64,000 nt of DNA from a virus. How positions within the stretch are numbered: the first letter of the stretch is position 1; every line of letters starts with the position of its first letter. The position numbers and the translations under genes are program-made. This document shows, piece after piece, positions 37,201 to 45,282 of the stretch. The notes beneath the pieces are model-generated. The model had not been told where the DNA came from. It ran no database searches and worked only from the letters and a program-made list of their open reading frames with translations. The stretch covers positions 8,552 through 72,551 of the IMG/VR virus record IMGVR_UViG_3300032893_000031; one strand, given 5' to 3'.

Positions 37201-37896
37201 CGCGCCCGCCTTGGCTATCGCGCCGGATTCTGGGATGGCTGCGCCAATGGCCCCGGCGGTGATGGCCTGCCCAACATCGGCGCCTTCATCCAACGCCTGT
37301 GCGGTGCTCAGCGTGCCAAACGCCAGCGGCATCGGGACGCCCGCCGATTGCATGGCCATTGCCCCGGCAATCATCGGCGTGGACTTGGCCATGCCCTCGA
37401 TGCCCTTGACGAAAGCATTCTGAGCGCCCGGCGTCGAGGTTTCCTCGCCCGCATGGGCAATGGCTTCCAGCGGGTTCTGGCCGAATTCGGCTTTCTTCAC
37501 CGCTTCCTCGGCGGTTGTGCCAGCCCCGCGCAAGAGCTTGCCGACGGCGCCAATGAAATCGAACGCCCGCGCGATATTCTCGCCGTAACTGAGGGCCTTG
37601 AGTTCCGCCTTGGTTTCCAAGCCGGCCAACCCGGAGGATGCGCGTTCAGCCTCCTCCTTGCCCTTCAACCGCGCAACCGCCCGCTGTGATGCTGGGTCGT
37701 ACTGGAGACGCGAGATCGAGCGAAAAGGTTCGGTGGATTCGTAAACCTGCTCGGCCCCGCCCATCAACTTGGCCTGCGCCTCTCTGACCTTGGGCGAAGC
37801 AAAGATTTCAGCGGCGTCCTCCTCGGTTGGCGGCTGGTCCCCGCTGACAACCAGCGTCGTGCCGGTGTCGTTGTCGGTGATCTTGTAGCGGGGCAT
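31267..37896 (-). CDS. giant virion-associated protein (internal/ejection or tape-measure-like), 2209 aa
   Basis: One uninterrupted ORF. It has Gly/Ala-rich hydrophobic N-terminal segments, Pro/Ala-rich linkers, about 500 aa of coiled coil, and a hydrophobic C-terminal region (GAAVLLLGYF). It lies among internal-protein-like genes. Confidence 0.55.
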   Translation of the reverse strand: MPRYKITDNDTGTTLVVSGDQPPTEEDAAEIFASPKVREAQAKLMGGAEQVYESTEPFRSISRLQYDPASQRAVARLKGKEEAERASSGLAGLETKAELKALSYGENIARAFDFIGAVGKLLRGAGTTAEEAVKKAEFGQNPLEAIAHAGEETSTPGAQNAFVKGIEGMAKSTPMIAGAMAMQSAGVPMPLAFGTLSTAQALDEGADVGQAITAGAIGAAIPESGAIAKAGASKLLVEAIDRGITSASRPIVQKSVEALASQGGMQLFMAGVDLPKYIAAAPDERKKMLVENVTANSAWLLMEAPGLLSKVQSHTQASQTDLQRAAEAMHQMVRNPVYLDEIEKHIDRQVIGQMMPSGVAAAVQQTKQAGAPATAAALAEQAIAPKPQPEKGPNAVQPESPQLLRPVRNAPGEGAREVPVEGAVTKDDERGREGGAKAPEPEAPAKPDVAAVPPLRPAINAPGGYYTGRTHSEAIGEARGKGESIPDDNEHLRGYLLPDNTFIPADSEQAKAIYEKETGKPFDKDRRLHSEDLISSKLLPVDYELEKVEKPAEKPAPTAPASAEPAPPTEPEKAKGAKGAEAAPKTNIVQAPEPESFNSIADILKFRKKRLEEERQLYQEQIGITAEQAKRLQELLMREGETTRFEKTLSPNQRKRLEAFFDGPFNQRAGPWKSWETDRRLNPAEIAEETDPDLLASALVSAVERGVEEKPNSDRFISAVIAARRLKELGKTKSDIAKYLDRYTTRESSSQGDKVEFFKNIGSKVNAFLARQGIDLPEGELSSKPQPAPPTKTIAQPSEAPTAKPAVESSSPAAAAKAAETVSKIAAKQGAKKARQAKEGIVDALEDEIDSVIKESEKETPLVDRGDGRYVAGTAYGDIVEEDGKFKVTVSGGPGRGKAWYSSKEDSLEDARRVIAAAGAVGKGKATISIPNDGEFTVVRSGPELLELRDRAARIKTTSQSTKPVPSGGEGKLSEQADKIVKAYGSPEAAYQTAVRQKNALQSQEPPRDSAGREEWNSQIQAADALIGELYPRTKAGVLETKAEKARDSAATYREGAQSFRDAIAKIEKVKRKTARHKQELADLQSRLEENQKRLAEFERNAESFEQQAAKEKAALEPESEAMDSESLVRELHENPDPTQADLDAVVSKLSDADKKKYAPVLEIAKRKIEKTADLAARNVRMAQPDTGVDLQHPPEESITTEAPPPEPAAVGPGMGGAIPQEFEQSPRTPTSIKNATVDQERATRGLPPAIQPLKRSFGEVWDRAMAMIDHDPDTQDRLIADLKAKPRALNDTEDALLLHRQVDLQNEYGKATRDLALAHDEGRTEAAETEKIRVANLSDKLQELYDIGKQVGTETGRGLNARKMMAYEDFTLAKMMLDKRAAVGGRPLTDGENAEIARLHGEIERAQKAFEDYRTQSENRLREEAMKRAMAESAKGLDIHPKVLEAARKIVSTLDKKADAARERIRARMGRTTAGVDPTVLLDLAEIGASHLAHKIVDAAEWGAKMIADVGEWVRPHLDEVRAKAEELLNTATAGKPEPVKTAIRGMSVPEAKEAVGKAIKDKMDRKQKEKIPFMLQQLARLLYANGITEREAMVDALHEVMQGADPNITRREVMDAFSGYGDYKTLTKDQITVALRGMKGELQQLAKLEDMAKGVPPAKSGVERRTPTEAERQLIKRVNDAKFRFQVPVQDPETQLKSALDTMKTTLANRIKDYEQRLADKEFDPRPRRTLELDADAMRLKAAAERVKKRFREALLADRLKNRTNWEKAADMATKYRRFGVLSSPVVLPKLISAGLQRLATLPLEDLAGTAYRRLPGVTGVAEKAPLEGAGLNLKAEMTGYGAAFTKGMKDAYDVIRKGHTDLDVLYGKAAESYTGEYEFGSRMLALPGRIHGMLKAPVKRAAFERAVQRLGEFYAKQGLDPNDEFVKTRIAVEAYKAANAAIFLQDNFIASKVSAFLSQKIDKTTGHATPGSKAWSTAGRVALPIVRVPLNIVGETMQYVGGLASAPVRLMAAYSRGIENLKPEQADLIMRELKKGSLGAAVLLLGYFNPNVVGGYYQPGKKREKGDVPAGSIRVYGHDVPSWLLHNPLLETAQIGATVRRVSESYLRKKDTEPQGLAAGVMAAAWGLVEQVPFIREELEIEKLRNPYTRARWLQDQAKSVLIPAAVQKAAEWQDQGTKRKPETIGQTLETGIPWLRQQVPAAPAR

Positions 37897-39047
37897 TACA
37901 GACCCTCAATCGTGAATTTCTTGCCGCTGGTGGTTGGCACCGTGGCGGTCCCAGGCGGTGCGCTCGGCTGCTCGGCATCCGATTTCAACCACGCAGGCTT
38001 GGCTGTGCCCGCATACTTCTGATAGGTGAATTTGAGCAGTTTCACGGCGGCATCGGCTATCAGCTTGGGGTCAACCCGCCCGTCGCTGCCTTTCAGTTCC
38101 GCGTCGTTGGATTTCTCAAGGTCGCGCTTCACTGCGTCCAGATGGCGGCTGATAAACGCTTCCTCGGAACCGGCGGACTTCAACTCGCTTTTCAGCTTCT
38201 CAAGGTCCACGCGGTCAGTGAACCGCTTGGCCTCGCGCTCAAACCATTGGTCCTGGCGCGTTTCCTGATTCTCGCGCTGGCGGGCGGCGACGTTCTGGAC
38301 TTCCTTGAATGTCGGGCCATAGCGCCCTTGAGACTCCTGCCACACCATGTCAGGATTGTTCGGCCGCTTGCGGGCGGTCTCAATCGCCTTCTGCGTGGCG
38401 TCCGTTAGCTTGTCCAGCACATCCTGGCTCGGGGTCTTGCCGATGAAGCCTTGGAACTGCCCGGCGGCGGCGGGGTCCAGGCTGGAAAGGTATTCCACGC
38501 GGGACTTGAAGTCCGAAGCGGCGGCCTTGGCGACACCCATGCGGCTAACCGCCGTCTCCATTGTCTGAACCATCTGGCGGCCTCGGTTGCTCTCAACAAT
38601 CGGAGGCGGTGTTGCGGGGTCATCCTTGAGTTTGTCCCGCCAGTCTTTGAGGGTGTTCATGTCTCGCAGCCACGCCGCGCTTTCGTTCTTGGAGTCGTTC
38701 AACTGCATCCAGGTGGATTCGAGATTGGCCACGCCGTTGAGGGTCGCAACCTGTGCTTGAGTGGCTTTGATCTTCCACATCGGGTCGGCCATGTTCGCCC
38801 GGCCTTCGTTGAAGGCTTTGGAGAATCGGCTAAAGAACCCGCCGCCAGCGGGGGCATCTTCCGGTTGCTGGCCGGCTTCGTCTTGGACGGCGTTGGGCGC
38901 AGAGCCGCCGCCTGAGCCGGTCGCTGCCTTTATGAGCGATGCTCCAGCTAATCCCAGGATTGACGGGATTGTCGAGGTATCCACGCGGCGGGATGTCAGA
39001 GAGGACAGCCACGCCGGGGGTTGAACTTCAAAGGGATCGGATGCCAT
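37896..39047 (-). CDS. internal virion protein candidate, 383 aa
   Basis: ORF 37896-39110 trimmed to ATG 39047 (MASDPFEVQPP...). Its stop overlaps the giant-gene ATG (TAATG). Confidence 0.5.
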   Translation of the reverse strand: MASDPFEVQPPAWLSSLTSRRVDTSTIPSILGLAGASLIKAATGSGGGSAPNAVQDEAGQQPEDAPAGGGFFSRFSKAFNEGRANMADPMWKIKATQAQVATLNGVANLESTWMQLNDSKNESAAWLRDMNTLKDWRDKLKDDPATPPPIVESNRGRQMVQTMETAVSRMGVAKAAASDFKSRVEYLSSLDPAAAGQFQGFIGKTPSQDVLDKLTDATQKAIETARKRPNNPDMVWQESQGRYGPTFKEVQNVAARQRENQETRQDQWFEREAKRFTDRVDLEKLKSELKSAGSEEAFISRHLDAVKRDLEKSNDAELKGSDGRVDPKLIADAAVKLLKFTYQKYAGTAKPAWLKSDAEQPSAPPGTATVPTTSGKKFTIEGL

Positions 39048-39054
39048 AATTATC

Positions 39055-39762
39055 CTATAGCAACATGCCAAGCAGACCGCCAATTCCTCCACCACCCCCA
39101 CCTCCGCCATCGGAGCCGCTGGTGTTGAGTAGTCCGCCGCTCAAACCGCCAAGGAAGCTTGAAGCCATGTCCCACGTCCCCTGCACGCGCGGGTCGGGCA
39201 TCGCGTGAACCTGGGCTTGCAGCCACTTATCTTCCCACGACATGTTGCGCTCCTGGGTGTCAAACGTCGCCTCTTGCGCGGGGCTGATGAACATGCTCGC
39301 TGCGTTGATCATCCCCGGTGCGTAGATTTTATCCACCGCCCCCATCCAGCCTTCCAACGAGGAAAGCCCTTGCTGGGTCAGTTCCAAGCTGGTCAGCCCG
39401 AGGTCGCGGGCAACCAAGTCGCCAGCCGCCCCGCTCCCGGCATAGCCGCCGCCCAAGGCTTTAGCGGCTGCGCTGCGCGTCACCGCCCCGCTCACGTCCG
39501 CCGGGATTTCACCTTTGAGCATGGACTCAATGTTCGCCCCCGCCTCGGCGCCCATTCCCGGCACGTTGATGCCCACCGCCGACAGCATTTGATTCATCTG
39601 CTGCTCACTGAAAAGGTTGGCGCTGCTGGTGAGTGCCTCTGCCGCCGGGAGATTCGCCTGATTGTTGGCGATGGATTTGCCCTGCTCTTTGCCGAGGTCG
39701 AGCGATGTCCATTTTGGGACGGATGGTTTTTCGCCGAATAGCCGTGAGAAAAAGTCTGCCAT
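39055..39762 (-). CDS. internal virion protein candidate, 235 aa (Gly-rich C-terminus)
   Basis: ORF 39055-39969 trimmed to ATG 39762 (MADFFSRLFG...). C-terminal GGGGGGGGIGGLLGMLL. Confidence 0.5.
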   Translation of the reverse strand: MADFFSRLFGEKPSVPKWTSLDLGKEQGKSIANNQANLPAAEALTSSANLFSEQQMNQMLSAVGINVPGMGAEAGANIESMLKGEIPADVSGAVTRSAAAKALGGGYAGSGAAGDLVARDLGLTSLELTQQGLSSLEGWMGAVDKIYAPGMINAASMFISPAQEATFDTQERNMSWEDKWLQAQVHAMPDPRVQGTWDMASSFLGGLSGGLLNTSGSDGGGGGGGGIGGLLGMLL

Positions 39763-39769
39763 AAAGTTC

Positions 39770-40792
39770 CTAAATGAGAGTTGGGACGATTTCGGTCTGT
39801 CCGATGTTGCTCCCCTTGACTTCAAACGACGGGACTTCGCCGTCGCCGGTGTGGTGTTGAAGCTGTTCTTCCAAAAGCTGAACAGCGCCCAGGACCATTG
39901 ACCCGTCCTTGTTCTTGCCGCCATTCCACAACAGGTTTGCTTCAACCCACTGATGTTGCTCCTCGGCAATCAAGGCCAGTCCGCCCAACCGCAGGGCTCC
40001 GATGTTGTCAACGACAAGGTAATCGGTCGGGTTGGCCACCGGATGAAACGCCTTCTTGCCGATGAGTTCCACCGACGGCGTTTGGCCGGGCAGGAACGGC
40101 AGAAGATACCGCTTCCATGAAGGGCTGGCGTCCCAATACTGGTACTGGCCTAATAACGTGCCGGTCACACCCCCGATGTAGAGCCACCATTGGCCGCTCA
40201 TTCCGGCGGGCGGTTGGACGCCTGTCACTTGGCTGAATTGGTTCACAGTGTTGGTGCCCGCCCCTTGCGCGAGGGCTACGAGTTCACCGTCCTGCCAGAC
40301 GCCGCCAACCTGTGTGCGAATCCAATTCTTGTTGGTGTCCAGCCCGAGAATCAGCACCTTGGCCCCAACATCGGCGGCCACGTCGCATTTGACGGTCAGG
40401 ATACCCGGCGTTGTGATGTCGGCAATCACGGGGTAGTTGCCGCGGTAAATGCACTCGCCGCCCGAGTAGTATTGCAGCGGTTGGCCGGCGGGCGGTGTGA
40501 GCGTGCCTGCCCCATTGCCGTTGAATTCATACCACAACCCGCGCACGCGCAGCGGGACATTGGATTGCGCTACCTTCTCAATGGTGTCAATCTCCGGCGG
40601 GAGTGTCAGGAAATTCGAGGAAAGCGCCACCGTGTAACACCCGTAGGTGCCCCAATACTTGCCCTTATGCAGCAACCGCTCAGAGACAAGGTTTACGATG
40701 TCAACAGCGCGACTATCGGTGGGCGGAATGTTCCAAGCCTCGCATAACCTTGCGGGGGCCGACAGGGCGTAACCTAAAGTGCGTCGTTGCAT
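39770..40792 (-). CDS. virion structural protein (adaptor / tail-tubular-A-like candidate), 340 aa
   Basis: ORF track. Its position between fibre and internal-protein genes suggests the role; the family was not identified. Confidence 0.4.
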   Translation of the reverse strand: MQRRTLGYALSAPARLCEAWNIPPTDSRAVDIVNLVSERLLHKGKYWGTYGCYTVALSSNFLTLPPEIDTIEKVAQSNVPLRVRGLWYEFNGNGAGTLTPPAGQPLQYYSGGECIYRGNYPVIADITTPGILTVKCDVAADVGAKVLILGLDTNKNWIRTQVGGVWQDGELVALAQGAGTNTVNQFSQVTGVQPPAGMSGQWWLYIGGVTGTLLGQYQYWDASPSWKRYLLPFLPGQTPSVELIGKKAFHPVANPTDYLVVDNIGALRLGGLALIAEEQHQWVEANLLWNGGKNKDGSMVLGAVQLLEEQLQHHTGDGEVPSFEVKGSNIGQTEIVPTLI

Positions 40793-40795
40793 AAA

Positions 40796-41665
40796 TCAGC
40801 CAACAAGAAAAACTCTCGCCGTGCGCTTGGCAAAAATTACACCCTTATAGTTCGGGAGGTTGTTGTGAGAAACAACCGCCGCCGGGGTTGCCCCATTCCC
40901 GCCGGCAATCGTGATTGGGTATCCCGCCGATTGGTTGGCCGCGCTCATTGCCCCAGTGTCACCCGCAGCAACTTGAACCTGCGTAGCCAGCGTGTCGGCC
41001 CCGAATCCGCCTACGGAAGCGTTGTCCCAGCCGTGGCATTCGTCAGTTGTGCTCGGATGGAACCCCATCCTGGCCCCGTGCGTATGGGGCGGCATTTGGG
41101 ATTGAGTTAGCGCCACCCGCTCCTCGCCGCCAACATCCCCGACGGCAATGCTTTTTGCTGAGGTTTGGTCGTAGGCCGTTGGATTCAGCCCAGCCCCAAT
41201 CGGGACTTTGAAAACGTTCACGCCGTTGGCCCCGGCGTTCGGATCGCTGGGCTCACCGGAACCAAACGCTGTGTCGCGCACCCACATGGCGCCGGTGGTT
41301 GAAGTCGGTGGTGTGGTAATCGGGTTGCTGCCATCTCCGCCGTCGAAACTCCACAGATCGGAATCACTCCCTGCCCAGATTATCCTCTGCTGGCTGCTGG
41401 GAGGAACCGGATGCGGGCGAACCCACGCCCCGCTGCCGAACGTGAACAGCCCAACCAGATTGCCAGAGCTATCGGTTTTGATCCACGGCTTGTCCTGATC
41501 GTCCACGCTGGGCGTGGTAGGCCCGAGGTTGAACGTGCTGTAGTTGCCGGGCAGGTAGGCGATTAACAGCGCAACGATGTCGTTCAGGAACGTCTGCGGG
41601 GATGAGGGATAACAGTAACCGGGAGCTAGGTTGCCGTTGGTGATTTGGATCAAAGCGTTCTGCAT
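40796..41665 (-). CDS. tail fibre protein with phage tail-collar domain
   Basis: 289 aa. VALTQSQMPPHTHG and the C-terminal SHNNLPNYKGVIFAKR match the Collar (PF07484-type) pattern. Confidence 0.65.
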   Translation of the reverse strand: MQNALIQITNGNLAPGYCYPSSPQTFLNDIVALLIAYLPGNYSTFNLGPTTPSVDDQDKPWIKTDSSGNLVGLFTFGSGAWVRPHPVPPSSQQRIIWAGSDSDLWSFDGGDGSNPITTPPTSTTGAMWVRDTAFGSGEPSDPNAGANGVNVFKVPIGAGLNPTAYDQTSAKSIAVGDVGGEERVALTQSQMPPHTHGARMGFHPSTTDECHGWDNASVGGFGADTLATQVQVAAGDTGAMSAANQSAGYPITIAGGNGATPAAVVSHNNLPNYKGVIFAKRTARVFLVG

Positions 41666-41679
41666 AATCTAAGGATACA

Positions 41680-42489
41680 TCAATGTTGGGTTACTGACAC
41701 GACATCCATTTGCAAGAACTGCCCGCCATCGGTGGTGGCTCCCTGCGAGTTGTAGTACGGGTCTTGCACGATAGCCGGGTTCAGCGGCGGGTCGGTGTCG
41801 GCGGGCGTGAGCACCCAATGATAGTAGGGAACGGGTCCGGGGTTTAGCACCGAATTCTGGAACAGAGAGAAGCCGACCGGGAACGGGCCTGCCATCGAGG
41901 TCACTATCGGAACCCCGGCGGGCGGCGTGCCGACAAAACCGTTATCCACCTGCACGCCATCTCCCGGCAGCGGATAGCCCGAGATGGCTTGCAACGTCAG
42001 CGAAGCCCCCACCGGAACCGCCGGAATGGTGATCTGATAATCCACCCCGCCGATGGTTTTGAGCTGCGAGCCGCTGGGGCTGTCCCAGTTGTTCAGGTAG
42101 TAACTGGCGTTGTAGGCGGGATTGGCGCAAGTGATTTTCAGCAAGTAAACGTTGTAGGTGGAGGCTCCGGGCGTGGCGTTGAGCAGGCACAGGTTTTGGG
42201 TTGCGCCCGCAACGCAGACGCCCGAAGTGTTGGGTTGGAGAGTGCCCCCGGTGTAATCGGAGTTGAGTTCGACGATGCCCCTGATCCTGAGAGTCAGATC
42301 GTAGGTCTGACCGGCGGTGCCGACCAGCGTGGTGGTGCTCGAAACATTCTCCGCGCAGAAGCAGCCCCCGATGTAGAGATACTGCTTGCACGGCAATAGC
42401 CACACCAACCCGCTGAGCTGGCCGGGAATCGGCGGTGGCGCAACGCCCATGAAGGGGTCGGGGTCGCAGCAAATGTTGTCGGTGTTCAT
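41680..42489 (-). CDS. receptor-binding-like protein, paralogous to the C-terminal domain of the 904-aa tail protein
   Basis: 269 aa. Shares LxGLxWLLPC, TLRIRGxVEL, YYLNNWDS and GQxLQxDVVSVxQH with residues ~690-904 of the 42493-45207 product. Confidence 0.55.
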   Translation of the reverse strand: MNTDNICCDPDPFMGVAPPPIPGQLSGLVWLLPCKQYLYIGGCFCAENVSSTTTLVGTAGQTYDLTLRIRGIVELNSDYTGGTLQPNTSGVCVAGATQNLCLLNATPGASTYNVYLLKITCANPAYNASYYLNNWDSPSGSQLKTIGGVDYQITIPAVPVGASLTLQAISGYPLPGDGVQVDNGFVGTPPAGVPIVTSMAGPFPVGFSLFQNSVLNPGPVPYYHWVLTPADTDPPLNPAIVQDPYYNSQGATTDGGQFLQMDVVSVTQH

Positions 42490-42492
42490 CGG

Positions 42493-45207
42493 CTAATGCT
42501 GAACGACGGAAACCACGTCCACCTGGAGCCATTGACCCCCAAACGGTTGATTCACCACTGGGTTGATCGGTGGGTCGCCCGGCCCGGGGGTGATCGTGAT
42601 GGGGTTGCCCAAGTGGTCAATGTTCTTGATCTCGTTCTGGTCGCCCCCGGAATTGGCGTTGAGCAGGAATTTCGATCCCGCCGGTACATTAAGAACGGTG
42701 AACGTGTAATCCACGGCCTTGCAATAGCTATGGTTGGACACCTGCCCGGAATCCCAGTTGTTCAGATAGTAGGTGAGGGCGAACGAGGGGCTCGCCGAAC
42801 TGATAGCCAGGCTGTAGATATTGTATGGGTCGGCTGGCTGCGGCGTGCCCCCTAGGTTCAAGTTGTTGTTGGTCCCGCCAATGACGGTCCCGCCGACGTA
42901 ATCCTTCAACTCCACCACACCGCGGATTCTCAGCGTGATGTCGTAATACACACCGGCGGCACCTTCGAGCTTGGCGCTGGTGCTGTAATTGTCGGCGCAA
43001 ACACAGCTTGTGCTGGAAGCGTCAGAGAGGCACGGCAAGAGCCACAACAGGCCGTCAAGTTGGGCTTGCGGCGTGCAGGATAACCCCGCCTTAGCCTTGG
43101 CCACCGCCGCGGCATACGCCTGGGCGTCGGCGTCATCCTGCGAGCAATAAGAGGTGTATGTCCCGGCGGCAATCGTCGCGGTGTTTGACCCGGTGGCTGG
43201 CGGCGTGCAGGAGACTGTAACGGTTTGCTCGGCGTTCTTGAACAGCGCGGCGGGGCGCAGCGCGTTGTTGTCCTCCGGCTGGTCCACGCAGTAGATGCGG
43301 AACTGCTTGAGTTCGCCGTAGCCGTTGAATTCCAGGCGAGGTTGAAACTGGTAGCCCGTCCGCCACTTCCGGTTGTTGCTCGATGAATCGAAGTCATCCG
43401 CCGGGCGCGGGAACTTGATGGGGCTGCGCTGTTCATCCCGCAGATTGAGCGGCCCCGTGCAGTCGGCGGGATTGCACGTCTGGTTGGGAGAGCACACCCC
43501 AGAGTTTGCCCAGGGCCGCCAACAGGGGTTCTGGTCGGATCGGTACTTGAGGTTGTAGGTGAGCGTGCCCGAGATGTCCTGCAATACCATGCGTGCGGAT
43601 TCCAGGGCCTTGAACCTGTCGGAGTCCCCGCAGTTGTAACTCGGAAAATCCAGCGTCCAGGGAATGGCATCCGTCTCGTTGTCGAATTTCAGATCGGGAA
43701 TGATTTCCCAAAGCTCAATCTGATTACTGTCGTTGAGCGTGTAGGCAAAGCAGCGGTCATTGTTGTTAACCGTCCCCACCACCGTCTGAAATATGCGTTC
43801 CTTCGCCCAAATCCCTTCCCAGCACGGCGGGTTCTTGCCGCGCAGGCTCGAAAGTTCGTTGAAGTCAATCACCGCCAGCCCGCGAAACCAGACGCCCCGG
43901 ATGCTCTGCACGGGTGAGACCGTCATCAGCAGGCGGTTGTCGAACAGCACCGCCGAACCGTGCTCAAGAAGCTGGGTGGTGTCGTAGGCGAGGATGCTAT
44001 TGACCTCGTTGGACATCGGGGAATTGCCCCATCGCTCGCGGAATTCCCGGCGGGCCATCATGTAGCTGCGAATGCCGTCCAGCGCGCGATACCAGATGTC
44101 GGTGTTGATCAGGATGGTCGAATCCTGGCCCAGCGGCCCCTTGATCGGGTTGGCCGTTTGCAGGGCGTTGGACAGGTTCTTCCAGGTTGTGCGGTCGAAC
44201 GGCAGGTTGACGGTGAACACCATGTTGGGCTGGCCGATGATCACCGGCCCCTGACCAAGCTGGGTGTCCTCCATCGCCACCCCGCGCATTGCCAGAATCG
44301 GGCCGACGTTGCTCGGCGCTCCAAACACCCGCGCCACAAAATCCCCGCCTTCGTTCAGGTAATTGTTGTCGCTGAATTGCAGCAGGTCGTAGGTGGTGCC
44401 GCTGTTTTCAAACACCAGGTTGCCCGCCCGGTAGCTCTGGCGGTCGGGGAGGGCCACCAACAGACGCCCCATCGCGTAGCACATGACGTTGCCCACCGGA
44501 ACCTCCGAGGCGGCGGGGTTGGCCCGGCGCGAGGTTGAGCCATCGAAGATTATGGCCGCCGATTGGTTGTCCTGATAAATCGCGTATTGCTCGGCCTGGC
44601 ACCACCAGCCCATTTGCAGCCGCCCGGAGTTGCGGCCTGTCGCGGGCGTGATCTCCGACACCGACCACTTGTCGATCTGGATGGCGAATTGGCGGCCGCC
44701 CTGGGAGGAAAGCAGCGAGGAGGAAAACGCGCCGTTGTAGAAGGACGCCCGCTGGAACAGCCCGGTCTGGAAATTGCGGGCGACCGCCACCGAGTTGAAC
44801 ACCAGGATGGCCGGCGTGTGGATGATGTTCCCCGCCTGCGCGGCGGTCAGGTTTTGGAGCGTGACTTGCGTGGGGGAATCTATCGAAAGCAGGTTCAGGG
44901 CGTAAGGTCCAACCGACACCGAGGGCGAGTTGATGTCAATGTCCGCCGTGCTGGCGACCGACACCGACACCCCGGCGTTGACCGGCGGGATGGCAAACGG
45001 TGCGGTAATCGCTGTCGTGGAGAGGAAGGTAAGCGGGCGTTTGATCCAGCCGGAGCGCGGACGTGCCCGCCCGCCGCGAACGGTAGCATTCGAGGCGGCG
45101 GCCAGCATGTCGCGCGGCAACAAGTCTGGAGGCGTGTTTTGGTCGATCCCGCCTGCAAAATCCAAATTGCCATCCGTCAGGAAGGGTCTATTGTCGGCTT
45201 GTTTCAC
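42493..45207 (-). CDS. large tail protein (nozzle / tail-tubular-B-like candidate) with C-terminal receptor-binding-like domain
   Basis: 904 aa from GTG 45207. First gene of the minus-strand late block. Its C-terminal ~215 aa is duplicated in the next gene. Confidence 0.5.
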   Translation of the reverse strand: MKQADNRPFLTDGNLDFAGGIDQNTPPDLLPRDMLAAASNATVRGGRARPRSGWIKRPLTFLSTTAITAPFAIPPVNAGVSVSVASTADIDINSPSVSVGPYALNLLSIDSPTQVTLQNLTAAQAGNIIHTPAILVFNSVAVARNFQTGLFQRASFYNGAFSSSLLSSQGGRQFAIQIDKWSVSEITPATGRNSGRLQMGWWCQAEQYAIYQDNQSAAIIFDGSTSRRANPAASEVPVGNVMCYAMGRLLVALPDRQSYRAGNLVFENSGTTYDLLQFSDNNYLNEGGDFVARVFGAPSNVGPILAMRGVAMEDTQLGQGPVIIGQPNMVFTVNLPFDRTTWKNLSNALQTANPIKGPLGQDSTILINTDIWYRALDGIRSYMMARREFRERWGNSPMSNEVNSILAYDTTQLLEHGSAVLFDNRLLMTVSPVQSIRGVWFRGLAVIDFNELSSLRGKNPPCWEGIWAKERIFQTVVGTVNNNDRCFAYTLNDSNQIELWEIIPDLKFDNETDAIPWTLDFPSYNCGDSDRFKALESARMVLQDISGTLTYNLKYRSDQNPCWRPWANSGVCSPNQTCNPADCTGPLNLRDEQRSPIKFPRPADDFDSSSNNRKWRTGYQFQPRLEFNGYGELKQFRIYCVDQPEDNNALRPAALFKNAEQTVTVSCTPPATGSNTATIAAGTYTSYCSQDDADAQAYAAAVAKAKAGLSCTPQAQLDGLLWLLPCLSDASSTSCVCADNYSTSAKLEGAAGVYYDITLRIRGVVELKDYVGGTVIGGTNNNLNLGGTPQPADPYNIYSLAISSASPSFALTYYLNNWDSGQVSNHSYCKAVDYTFTVLNVPAGSKFLLNANSGGDQNEIKNIDHLGNPITITPGPGDPPINPVVNQPFGGQWLQVDVVSVVQH

Positions 45208-45282
45208 AGCGCATTGGCCATTCAGCGTTGCTATAAGCCAATGTTGGCCTTATTGTCCAATAAAATCGCGTTACTGAAACGT
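45208..45282. promoter_or_regulatory. divergent promoter region
   Basis: Plus strand: TTGCTA (45228-45233), 17 nt, TATTGT (45251-45256). Minus strand: TTGGAC, 18 nt, TTATAG, overlapping the same stretch. Confidence 0.35.

Noticed and set aside
35998-37689. 563-aa plus-strand ORF, plus several 60-200-aa ORFs across 31327-37423
   Set aside because: All are antisense or off-frame within the uninterrupted 2209-aa gene. Their products are low-complexity Arg/Gly/Leu-rich sequences.
41680-43137. Diversity-generating retroelement (template/variable repeat pair)
   Set aside because: The two homologous segments are diverged throughout rather than at adenine-specific positions. No reverse transcriptase gene is present in the window.
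44563-45240. 5' two-thirds of the 378-aa plus-strand ORF 44563-45699
   Set aside because: It overlaps the start region of the 904-aa tail gene in antisense. Only the part downstream of the strand switch (from 45241 or 45283) is kept as a gene.
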